A stretch of DNA of 64,000 bases from a bacterium (GTDB lineage Bacteria > Cyanobacteriota > Vampirovibrionia > LMEP-6097), in NCBI GenBank assembly GCA_038146805.1, contig JAYQSH010000007.1, forward strand, positions 32,379-96,378. The letters are read 5' to 3'. The translations under genes and the position numbers were made by a program. Shown here piece by piece: positions 29,299-38,908 of this stretch. Numbering within the stretch: position 1 is the stretch's first letter; every line of letters begins with the position of its first letter. The notes under the pieces are model-generated. The model saw only the letters and a list, made by a program, of their open reading frames with translations. It had not been told where the DNA came from and did no database searches.

Positions 29299-32280
29299 TT
29301 AATTAATTATTGGCGATATTGCGTCATAACAGGTTTCGCAGATGTCTTCTTTCATTTCTTTTTTCTCAAAAAGTTTCCAACAACGAAAACATTTTTCTGC
29401 ATCAAAAGCCTGAGCTTCTATTGCAAATCCAGCATCATGCTCTTGAAACTCAATCTGTGACACGATAAATACCTGTTTTAGTTCATTGACAATAGCCTCT
29501 AGTTTATCTAGCTTTTCTTTTGGACCTTTAATAACAAGCTTTGCTTCTAAAGATTTACCAATTTTCTTTTCTTGTCTGAGTTGTTCAACTTCTTTATAGG
29601 CAAGTTCTCTTAGGTTTAAGATTTCTTCCCAGAATATTTCTAACTCTTTATTTTTGTTTGCTTCAATAATGCTTGGCCAATTACTTAGAAGAATACTTGA
29701 AGCATCTTCATGTCCATCAATAAAGAAATCTGTTTCTTTGTAAGAATTTTTTATTTCTTTACTTGTGTAATTAAATATATCTTCAGAGAGATGTGGAAGT
29801 ACCGGCACAAATAATCTATTTAAATTACTAAGTAATTCATATAAAACACTTTGAGCGGCTCTTCTTGATTTTGAGTTTTTACCATGTGTATAAAGCCTGT
29901 CTTTGACTATGTCAAAGTAAAAAGCTGAAAGCTCAACTGAACAAAAGTTTTGTATAACTTGGTAGTACTTAAAGAAATGATAATTATCAAAATTTTCTGT
30001 TAGTGTTTCTTTTAAATTTTCTAGCTTGTGTAAAATCAATTTGTCTATTTGCCAAAGCTCATCGTAAGTTACTTTGTTTTGAGTAGGATTAAAGTCAAAA
30101 AGATTTCCCAGTAAATATCTCGAGGTGTTTCTGAAATTTCGATAAATGTCTGAAAGCTGTTTAAACATTGTGTCTCCAACTTTGATATCTATTGAGTAAT
30201 CTACACTTGCAACCCATAGTCTTAAAATATCTGCACCATATTTCGCAATAACATCAGCAGGATCAACAACGTTGCCAAGTGATTTTGACATTTTACGTCC
30301 TTTTTCATCCATTACAAAACCATGAGTTAAAACAGCTTTGTAAGGAGCAAAACCGTTTGTTGCGACAGAGGTTAGTAAAGATGATTGAAACCAACCTCTA
30401 TGTTGGTCTGAGCCTTCAAGGTATAAATCGACGGCTTTGAATGTTGAATCTTTTGCTGTTAGTTCTTCTCTAACAGCAACTACAGAGCGGTGAGTTGAAC
30501 CTGAATCAAACCAAACATCCATAGTATCAGTTTCTAATTTTATATTTTCAATTTTAATTTCTGGATTTTTTTCAAAGAAACTTTTTGGTATTAGATCTTG
30601 TTTGTTTTTTGTGTACCATGCTGTTGTGCCTTCATTTTCAAAAACATTTGCAACATGAGCAATAATCTCTTGATCTAAAATTGCTTCAGGGTTGCCATCA
30701 GAATTAATTTTTGCTTGATTATAAATTGCTGGAATTGGCACTCCCCAAGTTCTTTGTCTACTGATGCACCAATCACCTCTATCTTCAACCATTTTATAGA
30801 TTCTGTTTTTACCTCTTTCTGGAATCCATTGCACTTTTTCGATTTCGCTAAGTGCTTCTTTGCGAAATCCATCAATACTTGCAAACCACTGTTCAGTTGC
30901 TCTGTATATTAATGGTGTTTTTGATCTCCAACAATAAGGATAACTATGAGTTATTTTTCCAAGCTTTAAAAGGGCATTTGCATCAAAAAGTGCAGCCACT
31001 ATTAAATCATTTGCTTGTTTTAAAACATGAAAACCTTCTAGTTCAATTTCTTGATTTAAATCTTGATTTCTATTTTCAAGTTTTTGTTTTAGGCTTTGAT
31101 TTTTTTCTAATGCTTTATTTAAAAAATCGACATTGTTAAATTTGTAACTAAGCGCGTCTTTGGTATAAACACCTTTTTCGTTTACTGGACATAAAATTTC
31201 CAAAGCATATTCTTTACCAACTAAAAAATCTTCTTGACCATGACCGGGTGCCGTATGCACACATCCAGTACCAGCTTCTGTTGTCACGTGACTTCCAAAA
31301 ATTACTTTTGATTCACGATTAAATAAAGGGTGTTTTGCAACAGAATCGGCTAATTCCTTGCCTTTAAATACATCACCAATTTGAGTTAATTCAATTTCAG
31401 TTTCTTTTATAAAACTTGCTTCTAACTCTTTAGCAATTATAACTTTGCCAAATTTTTCTGTTTGATAAATTGCATAATCAATATCTTTGCTCAAGCAAAC
31501 ACCTAGGTTACCGGGTATAGTCCAAGGTGTTGTTGTCCAGATAATCAAGCTTGCATCTTTTGCGTTTGAAAAATTTGTTGTGATGATTTTTAGAGCTACA
31601 TAAATAGTTGGAGATTGATGGTCATCTTTATATTCGACTTCAGCTTCGGCAAGTGCTGTTTCTGCCCCCCAGCTCCATTGTACGGTTTTTAAGCCTCTAT
31701 AGATATGACCTTTTTCTGCCATTTCAGCAAAAAGTTTTATTTGTTCACTTTCAAACTTTTTGTCTAAGGTGACATATGGTTTTTCCCATTCTCCTAGTAC
31801 TCCAAGTCTTTTGAATTTTTCTTCTTGACCTTTTAAATTCGTTAATGCAAAGTTTGCACACTTTTCTCTTAGTTCGGCAACAGTTACAGATGATCTTCCA
31901 CCTTTGAGATCTTTTACTACTGCATTTTCAATTGGTAATCCATGGCTATCATAACCTGGTACATAAGGCGTCTTATAACCTCTTTGAGATTTATATTTGA
32001 TAACGATGTCTTTAAGGATTTTGTTTAATGCTGTTCCAATATGAATCTTGTCTGAACTTAAATATGGAGGTCCATCATGCAATATAAATGATTCAGCTCC
32101 ATGTTTTTCTCTAAGTTTTAGAGCTTTTTGATATATATTTTCTTTAAACCATAGCGCTTGAATTTCTGGTTCTCTTATTGGACCATTTCCTCTCATCGGA
32201 AAGTCTGTTTGTGGCAAATCAATAGTATCTTTGTACTTATGTTCTTGTTTTTCTTGTAGCGCTGAATTGTCTTGATTCAT
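29299..32280 (-). CDS. ileS: isoleucine--tRNA ligase
   Basis: 993 aa, HIGH-type motif (DKIHIGTAL), KMSKS (KMSKSLGN), C-terminal Zn ribbon CFRCW...CETC. Confidence 0.95.
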   Translation of the reverse strand: MNQDNSALQEKQEHKYKDTIDLPQTDFPMRGNGPIREPEIQALWFKENIYQKALKLREKHGAESFILHDGPPYLSSDKIHIGTALNKILKDIVIKYKSQRGYKTPYVPGYDSHGLPIENAVVKDLKGGRSSVTVAELREKCANFALTNLKGQEEKFKRLGVLGEWEKPYVTLDKKFESEQIKLFAEMAEKGHIYRGLKTVQWSWGAETALAEAEVEYKDDHQSPTIYVALKIITTNFSNAKDASLIIWTTTPWTIPGNLGVCLSKDIDYAIYQTEKFGKVIIAKELEASFIKETEIELTQIGDVFKGKELADSVAKHPLFNRESKVIFGSHVTTEAGTGCVHTAPGHGQEDFLVGKEYALEILCPVNEKGVYTKDALSYKFNNVDFLNKALEKNQSLKQKLENRNQDLNQEIELEGFHVLKQANDLIVAALFDANALLKLGKITHSYPYCWRSKTPLIYRATEQWFASIDGFRKEALSEIEKVQWIPERGKNRIYKMVEDRGDWCISRQRTWGVPIPAIYNQAKINSDGNPEAILDQEIIAHVANVFENEGTTAWYTKNKQDLIPKSFFEKNPEIKIENIKLETDTMDVWFDSGSTHRSVVAVREELTAKDSTFKAVDLYLEGSDQHRGWFQSSLLTSVATNGFAPYKAVLTHGFVMDEKGRKMSKSLGNVVDPADVIAKYGADILRLWVASVDYSIDIKVGDTMFKQLSDIYRNFRNTSRYLLGNLFDFNPTQNKVTYDELWQIDKLILHKLENLKETLTENFDNYHFFKYYQVIQNFCSVELSAFYFDIVKDRLYTHGKNSKSRRAAQSVLYELLSNLNRLFVPVLPHLSEDIFNYTSKEIKNSYKETDFFIDGHEDASSILLSNWPSIIEANKNKELEIFWEEILNLRELAYKEVEQLRQEKKIGKSLEAKLVIKGPKEKLDKLEAIVNELKQVFIVSQIEFQEHDAGFAIEAQAFDAEKCFRCWKLFEKKEMKEDICETCYDAISPIIN

Positions 32281-32334
32281 AATAGTTTGTAAAAATATAT
32301 ATTAACACTTATTTCAAGTGATAAGATATTTTTT

Positions 32335-35109
32335 GTGTTATCAAATTATAACCATAAAGACGTAGAAGATAAATGGTCAAAAATTTGGCTTGAAAAAAAC
32401 TTGTATCAAGCAAGTGTTGATGCTAATAAAAAAAGTTTTTCTATAGCTTTGCCACCTCCAAATGTAACAGGTGAATTACATATGGGGCACGCTCTTTCTG
32501 GAACTATTCAAGATGTGATTTTGCGTTTTCAAAGAATGAAAGGTAAAAATGTACACTGGCAAATAGGTACTGACCACGCTGGTATTGGAACTCAATTGGT
32601 TGTTGAAAAAGATTTAAAAGAAAAAGAGAATAAAACAAAATACGATCTTGGCAGAGATAAATTTATTGAAAGAGTACAAGCTTGGAAAGATCAATATGGA
32701 GCAAAAATTTTAGATCAAATGAAGCTTCTTGGTTTTAGTCCAGATTATTCTCGTGCTAGATATACTATGGATGAACATTATGCACTTTGTGTGAAACAAG
32801 CTTTTATTGATTATTTTAATAATGGTCTTGTCTATAAAGGCAAGCGCATTGTTAATTGGTGTCCTAAATGTTTAACTTCTTTATCTGATTTAGAAATTGA
32901 TAAACAAAATACAAAAAAATTACTTTATGAAATTAATTATTCTTTGCATAACTCTGATGATTTTATTACTGTTGCAACAACTAGACCAGAAACAATGTTT
33001 GGAGATGTAGCCATTGCTGTTAATCCAAAAGATACAAGGTTTAAAGATTTAATTGCAAAACATATTTCTGATCCGGGGTCAGTCATGTTTGAAATTCCTC
33101 TTTCAAAAAAATTAATTCCTCTTATTTTAGACGAGCATGTAAAAACAGATTTTGGTACAGGTGCTTTAAAAGTAACACCAGCTCATGATGCTAATGATTA
33201 TGATATAGCTCAACGTGTTGGCATAATTGATAAGCCTATTATTTTAGATGAAAATGCAAAAATGCTTGAGTGTCTTGAAGTACCAGAATTTATAGATATT
33301 ACTGATGAGAATGGTGTTGTTGAAAAAACAAAACTTTGGGGTTTAACAAGATATAAAGCACGTGACTTGATCTTGCAAGCCTTAGGTTCAGCACTAAAGA
33401 AAACCTCTAATTATGAGCAAGAAAAAGATTTGCACGATCGTTGTAACACTGAAATTGAACCTTATTTAAGTGATCAATGGTATTTAAATATGCAAGATTT
33501 AGCTGAACTTGCTTTAGATTCTGAAAAAAATAAGCGTGTTCAATTTTTACCAGAGCGCTATAGTCAAATTTACAAACAATGGTTAGAAAATATTCAAGAT
33601 TGGTGTTTGTCTCGTCAAATTTGGTGGGGACATCAGATACCTGTTTTTTACTATGAAGTTGAAAGTTTAGACGGAAAAAATACTTTTGAAAAAAATTCTA
33701 AGTTTTATTCTTACTATGCGGCTTTAGAAGCAAAAGACCCTTCTCATATTCAAGACGAAGATGTTTTAGATACTTGGTTTTCTAGTGCTTTATGGCCTTT
33801 TGTTACTATGCAATTTGATGTAAATAGTCAAAGAGTTGATGAAGAATTTTTTAATCACTTTTATCCAACAAATATTTTAGCGACAGCAAGAGAGATTATA
33901 AATTTATGGGTTTCGCGAATGATTTTTTCTAGTGAGTATTTTGAAAAATCACAACCTTTCAATGATATTTTAATTCATCCAGTTGTGCAGACTCCTGATG
34001 GAAAAAGAATGTCTAAGTCAAAAGGTAACGCTATTGACCCATTGGAAATGATTGAAAAATATGGAGCCGATGCTTCTCGTATGTGGTATGCAAGTGTTGG
34101 TGTTTTTGGTAATCAAGATGTTAGATTTCCGGGTAAAAAAGATAAATCTCAAGGCTGGCTTTCTGATACTTTTGAACAATACAAAAAATTTGCAAACAAA
34201 CTTTATAACGCTTCAAAATTTGTAATGTTGCAATTAGGAGATGATTTTAAAGTCCATGATATTGAAGATTTAAATTTAAATAATTTAACAAGTTTTGATA
34301 AGTGGATTTTGAATAAATTTCAAAATTTAATTGCTGAAGTTGATCTTTCTTATGAAAAATATGATTTAGCTCAAGCGCAAAAAGAGATTTATGAATTTCT
34401 CTGGTTTTCTTTTTGTGATTGGTATATAGAGTTTTCAAAGCAAGCTCAAATTGCAGAAGAACAAAAACAAATCTTGTTTTATATTTTAGAAAATTCACTA
34501 CGTATTTTACAGCCAATAATGCCTTTTATCACAGAAGAAATTTGGAATGTTTTAAATGCTAAATATAATTTTTGTTCTCAAGAGCATTTGCTTTCTGTTG
34601 AATTTCCAAAACAAAATAAAAAAATGATTTTTACATTAAGTCAAGCAAATGATGTTGAATATTTGATTTCAATTATTCGCTCTGTTCGAAATACTAGACA
34701 AAGTCTTGGAATCTCTTGGCAAGATCAAATAGAAATTTTATTTAATTCAGAAAATGACAATGAAAAAAATACCATTTTGAACAATATTGATATTTTAAAA
34801 AATGTTTTAAAAGCAGATGCTGTCAAAGAAATAGTTGAAGAACCTAAACCTGCAAATATTATGATTCTAGGAAAAACTAAATTTATAGTTCCACTTGCTG
34901 GCTTAGTAGATTTAGATAAAGTAAAAGATAGTTTGCTTAAAAAACTTAATAAACTTGAAGCTCAAATATCTGGTTTAGAAAAAAGACTTAGTTCTGATAA
35001 TTTTGTCAATAATGCTTCAGCAGAAAAAATTGATGAAACTAAATCCCAATTAAGTGAACAATTAAAAGAAAAATCCTTATTTGAAGCTGAATTAGCCTAT
35101 CTTGGGTAA
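32335..35109 (+). CDS. valS: valine--tRNA ligase
   Basis: 924 aa, PPPNVTGELHMGHAL, KMSKSKGN, C-terminal coiled coil. GTG start, 54 bp from the divergent ileS. Confidence 0.95.
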   Translation: MLSNYNHKDVEDKWSKIWLEKNLYQASVDANKKSFSIALPPPNVTGELHMGHALSGTIQDVILRFQRMKGKNVHWQIGTDHAGIGTQLVVEKDLKEKENKTKYDLGRDKFIERVQAWKDQYGAKILDQMKLLGFSPDYSRARYTMDEHYALCVKQAFIDYFNNGLVYKGKRIVNWCPKCLTSLSDLEIDKQNTKKLLYEINYSLHNSDDFITVATTRPETMFGDVAIAVNPKDTRFKDLIAKHISDPGSVMFEIPLSKKLIPLILDEHVKTDFGTGALKVTPAHDANDYDIAQRVGIIDKPIILDENAKMLECLEVPEFIDITDENGVVEKTKLWGLTRYKARDLILQALGSALKKTSNYEQEKDLHDRCNTEIEPYLSDQWYLNMQDLAELALDSEKNKRVQFLPERYSQIYKQWLENIQDWCLSRQIWWGHQIPVFYYEVESLDGKNTFEKNSKFYSYYAALEAKDPSHIQDEDVLDTWFSSALWPFVTMQFDVNSQRVDEEFFNHFYPTNILATAREIINLWVSRMIFSSEYFEKSQPFNDILIHPVVQTPDGKRMSKSKGNAIDPLEMIEKYGADASRMWYASVGVFGNQDVRFPGKKDKSQGWLSDTFEQYKKFANKLYNASKFVMLQLGDDFKVHDIEDLNLNNLTSFDKWILNKFQNLIAEVDLSYEKYDLAQAQKEIYEFLWFSFCDWYIEFSKQAQIAEEQKQILFYILENSLRILQPIMPFITEEIWNVLNAKYNFCSQEHLLSVEFPKQNKKMIFTLSQANDVEYLISIIRSVRNTRQSLGISWQDQIEILFNSENDNEKNTILNNIDILKNVLKADAVKEIVEEPKPANIMILGKTKFIVPLAGLVDLDKVKDSLLKKLNKLEAQISGLEKRLSSDNFVNNASAEKIDETKSQLSEQLKEKSLFEAELAYLG

Positions 35110-35185
35110 AATCATTTAATTTCTTAACTAGCTCTTAACTTATTCAACGCAAAATATAAATAGTTACCACTAAAAAAGGTTTTAA

Positions 35186-36256
35186 ATGTCTGAACTTTCA
35201 TCTATTGATGAAGCAATTGAATTTGCAGAAGCTGTCTTAAATGCTGACCCTAAAAATGGGTTCAAGGTTGAACATTTTCAAAAATATTTTTCTGATTCTA
35301 ATAAGAAGAAAGATCTACTTGATCCAAATAAAAACAATAGAATTGTTTATGCTAAGCCCGGTCAAGCTTTGTCTGTTGAAGTTGTTAGTAGTGAAGATGT
35401 TAGAGCGGGTATTTTTCCACAGCATAATAGTCAAGGAGATTTTCCTGAAGATCTTGAGCTTAATCCATCTTTAAAGTTAGACCTATATGAAAATTTGATT
35501 AATACTGACCTTCTAGAAGAAAATGATTTCTTTAAAGTCACAGTTAGTTTAACAAAAAAACGCACAGCTCAAATTTATGAACAATTTTCTCATTTGAGTC
35601 CTGTTTGTTTTGAAGAAATGATGTCTTTTGATGTTGATTCAAAACAAAGAGATTTTGATGTTTATGTTAAAGAAGCTGAAGACGGATTTGTACATATTGC
35701 GCATCTTAATAGACACTTTGGTTTTACACAATTTTTTCAAAGCTTTAAACTTAATGACTATGGTGAAATTATTGACTTAAGACATGTTGTTTGTGAGGCT
35801 GGTGTTCCTATTGTCATTAATCAAAGTTTTATAGATGCTTATGATAATTTGCGCTCAGTTGCTCATGTTGGCATTACGGGGTCAAAAAAAAATTCTTTTT
35901 ATAATTCTTTAGAAAGATACGATGATGGTTCTTTGATATGGACAAGTTCTGATTTTAAACAAGGAAAAAATTTAACTGGTTCTGCTGTTTTATTCGAGGA
36001 TGGTCGTATAGTACTGATTAAGGGGTCTGATCAACAACTTGCTCAATTTTCTGCCAGAAACCTTGGTGCTGAAGCAATAAATCCCAAAAACTTAAAATGG
36101 AAAGGTAGATTTTCAAAAGAAGGTTGTATTAGTTTATATGAAGATAGTTATGCTATGAGACGAGAATATAAAATGCAAGTTAAACATAAGGTTAATCAAA
36201 TTATTGATGGGGCTTGTATTCCGGGCTTCATGCCAATATTTAAAGTAAATGTATAA
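35186..36256 (+). CDS. hypothetical protein, tandem paralog A
   Basis: 356 aa. Shares blocks with the next ORF: PGQ...EDxRAGxxPQHN, TKxRxAxIxxQFSHxS, RDFxV, VINxxxID, ERxDDG, ARNLGAE, IPG..PIF. Confidence 0.65.
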   Translation: MSELSSIDEAIEFAEAVLNADPKNGFKVEHFQKYFSDSNKKKDLLDPNKNNRIVYAKPGQALSVEVVSSEDVRAGIFPQHNSQGDFPEDLELNPSLKLDLYENLINTDLLEENDFFKVTVSLTKKRTAQIYEQFSHLSPVCFEEMMSFDVDSKQRDFDVYVKEAEDGFVHIAHLNRHFGFTQFFQSFKLNDYGEIIDLRHVVCEAGVPIVINQSFIDAYDNLRSVAHVGITGSKKNSFYNSLERYDDGSLIWTSSDFKQGKNLTGSAVLFEDGRIVLIKGSDQQLAQFSARNLGAEAINPKNLKWKGRFSKEGCISLYEDSYAMRREYKMQVKHKVNQIIDGACIPGFMPIFKVNV

Positions 36257-36268
36257 TAATTTTTAGTA

Positions 36269-37363
36269 ATGCAAGACAAAAAACCAGAAGCAAAAAATGA
36301 TAGTGTGAAATTACAACATACTCATAAATATTTTGGTGGTCCTTACTCTTATAAAAATAGTTCTAAAATTGAAAGAGATAAACAAGTTGGCTTAGATCCA
36401 GAAAAAATTCACGAAATGGTTTTAATGACAAGACCCGGGCAAATTAGTCGTATTAGTATAGCTTTGCCTGAAGAAGATGCTCGTGCTGGTGCCTATCCTC
36501 AGCATAATACCGTTTTTTATATCAATGAAACCGATGAAGAAATTGATGAAGACGAGATTATGCCAAGTACTATTGATCATGAAGATTATCAAAATAACTT
36601 GGAATTAGTTCATGCGAAAGATTTATCACCTTATCTACATCTCAAGGATGTGGTTTCTTTAAAAAATGCAGGTTTTGAAAAGCGTATTTGTAGTATGACC
36701 AAGACGCGTTTAGCCAAAATTAAAGCACAGTTTTCTCACTTTAGTGATTTAGCATTTAATCAGATGCTTGATATTACTAGACCCGATAAAAGAGATTTTG
36801 TTGTTTGGTATAAAATCATTCAAGCTAAGTCACTGGTGATGATTGCTTATCCAAATGAAAAAACTAAACAAACAAATTTTGTACAAATTATTCACTATGA
36901 CAAAAACAAACGTATTGATGGTATCAAACATTGTGTTTTTGATAACGGAACTCCAATGGTAATAAATGAAACTTTAATTGATAAATTTAAAAATATAAGA
37001 CAAATTTCTCATCTTGGTAAAAAAGGATCTAGTAGTGCAATTAATAGTGTTGAAAGGTTTGATGATGGAACTGTTTCTTGGATTATTTCTAATGAAAAAG
37101 AGAATGGAGCGGCTTGCTTGATGAACTCTGGTGAAATTGTTTTTGTTCAATCTATTTTAAATTCTGCCACTGAACTTGCTGCTCGAAACCTTGGTGCTGA
37201 GGGTTGTGACAATGGGAAATGGACTGGTGTTTTTGATTTATCTGCATGTAAATCTAATGGAAATCCAGTACAAGATGCATTTAAAACAAAAGTCAGAGAG
37301 CAAATTTCTAATATTGTAGATGGTTCTTCTATACCGGGTTTGGATCCAATCTTTTGGATTTAA
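36269..37363 (+). CDS. hypothetical protein, tandem paralog B
   Basis: 364 aa, collinear with paralog A and sharing the same conserved blocks. 12-nt spacer between the two genes. Confidence 0.65.
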   Translation: MQDKKPEAKNDSVKLQHTHKYFGGPYSYKNSSKIERDKQVGLDPEKIHEMVLMTRPGQISRISIALPEEDARAGAYPQHNTVFYINETDEEIDEDEIMPSTIDHEDYQNNLELVHAKDLSPYLHLKDVVSLKNAGFEKRICSMTKTRLAKIKAQFSHFSDLAFNQMLDITRPDKRDFVVWYKIIQAKSLVMIAYPNEKTKQTNFVQIIHYDKNKRIDGIKHCVFDNGTPMVINETLIDKFKNIRQISHLGKKGSSSAINSVERFDDGTVSWIISNEKENGAACLMNSGEIVFVQSILNSATELAARNLGAEGCDNGKWTGVFDLSACKSNGNPVQDAFKTKVREQISNIVDGSSIPGLDPIFWI

Positions 37364-37373
37364 TTTTAGTTTT

Positions 37374-38093
37374 TTAATTTGATTCTTTTTCTAACTTCAA
37401 ATAGTGTTTCATTAGTTCTAGATCTTCAGGAGTTGTGATTTTTAGATTGCTTTGCGGACTTTCAACAAGGTAAACATCTTTATTTATTCTCTCAACTAAC
37501 CCAGCACTATCAGTACCTAAAAAATGATCTTTTTTTGCTTGTTCGTATGCTTCAAGTAAAATATCAGTGGCAAATACTTGTGGTGTTTGTGTTTGCCAAA
37601 GTAGATCTCTTGAAACATTTTTCTTTATCAAGACATCTCCGCTTTCATCAAGATGTGAAAGTTTTAAAGTATCTGTAACTGGTCTTGCCGCAACTGCGGC
37701 GCCTTTTTCTTTTGCTTTATTAATTACATTTATGACTATGTCTTTTTTTACATTAGCTCTAACGGCATCATGAATTAATATAAATTCTGGTAAATCATTA
37801 GTTTTTATAATTTCTTGTAATGCATTGTAGATACTTTCTTGTCTAAATTTTCCAGCTTTGCAGATCTGAATATCTAAATCGTCTTTAATATGATTTAGAA
37901 TCTTTTTTGTGTAAACAATATCTATTGTGGGTATTATAAATTTGCTAATTAAATTTGTTTTAGCCAAAGCTTTGACAGTATGTAGTAAAATAGGTTCATC
38001 GAACAAAGTTAAAAACTGTTTAGGATTTTGACTTTGCATTCGTTTTCCTATACCTCCAGCAGGTATAATTGCGTAAGTAGATCTACTGGGCAT
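37374..38093 (-). CDS. ispD: 2-C-methyl-D-erythritol 4-phosphate cytidylyltransferase
   Basis: AIIPAGGIGKRM nucleotide-binding loop and IspD-like length (239 aa). Not fused to ispF. Confidence 0.85.
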   Translation of the reverse strand: MPSRSTYAIIPAGGIGKRMQSQNPKQFLTLFDEPILLHTVKALAKTNLISKFIIPTIDIVYTKKILNHIKDDLDIQICKAGKFRQESIYNALQEIIKTNDLPEFILIHDAVRANVKKDIVINVINKAKEKGAAVAARPVTDTLKLSHLDESGDVLIKKNVSRDLLWQTQTPQVFATDILLEAYEQAKKDHFLGTDSAGLVERINKDVYLVESPQSNLKITTPEDLELMKHYLKLEKESN

Positions 38094-38107
38094 GATGTAA
38101 TTCTATT

Positions 38108-38908
38108 ATGAAGCTAATTGACGATTATTGCAAATCCCTTGAAATTAATGATGTTCTTAGTTTTAATTCGCTAAGACTATATAAAACCGATATTCGTGAT
38201 TTTAAAGAGTTTATTGTCGGAAACTATGGTTTGCATTTTGATATTTTGCAACTCTCAGAGCTAGATTTAAAAAAATTTATGACAGCTTTACTTAATCTCG
38301 GAAAAAGTACTGCCGCTATAAATAGAAAACTTACTGCAGTAAGGGGTTTTTGGAATTGGCTTAAGGAGAAGGGTTTAGTCAATAGAGATCCTTTTACGCA
38401 GATAAAGCGTGATACGCAATTCAGGAATATCAAATTAGCTACCCTTAGTGAAGATGACATTGTTATATTACTTGATTGCCCTGACTTAGATTTAAAAGCC
38501 AAAATTATTTTAGAGTTGATTTACGCGACAGGTATTCGCGTAAGTGAACTTGTAAATCTTACTGTTGCTGATTTAGATTTAGAAAATAATCTTTTAACTA
38601 TTCCAAGTTCAGTTAAATTTAAAGAACGTACAATTCCGTTTAATCAATTATTGGCAAGCTATTTATTGCAATATATTGAAGAAGAAAATTTAGAAGCAAA
38701 AAATAAATTACTTTTAAATATTAAAGCTGAAAAAATATCTGAGCGTGAAGTTTTTAGAATCATTTCTGAAGCAGGTCAAATAGCAAATTTAAAAGAAACA
38801 GTGACTCCATCCATTTTAAGAAATAGTTTTTTAAAACATATGAAAGAAAATGGCGCACATGATACTTTGCTTAATGATTTAACTGGGCAAAAGTCAGTTA
38901 AGATTTAG
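38108..38908 (+). CDS. Xer-like tyrosine-recombinase homolog lacking catalytic Tyr and His residues
   Basis: SAM-like N-domain and box I ATGIRVSELVNL are present. However the H-x-L-R-H box reads SILRN, L-G-H reads LTGQ, and the ORF stops about 5 residues before the expected catalytic Tyr. The other two frames close quickly, so no simple frameshift repairs it. Confidence 0.6.
   Translation: MKLIDDYCKSLEINDVLSFNSLRLYKTDIRDFKEFIVGNYGLHFDILQLSELDLKKFMTALLNLGKSTAAINRKLTAVRGFWNWLKEKGLVNRDPFTQIKRDTQFRNIKLATLSEDDIVILLDCPDLDLKAKIILELIYATGIRVSELVNLTVADLDLENNLLTIPSSVKFKERTIPFNQLLASYLLQYIEEENLEAKNKLLLNIKAEKISEREVFRIISEAGQIANLKETVTPSILRNSFLKHMKENGAHDTLLNDLTGQKSVKI

Noticed and set aside
32281-32334. T-box or other leader RNA for the divergent ileS and valS genes
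   Set aside because: The spacer is only 54 bp, far too short for a T-box leader. No specifier or antiterminator structure is present.
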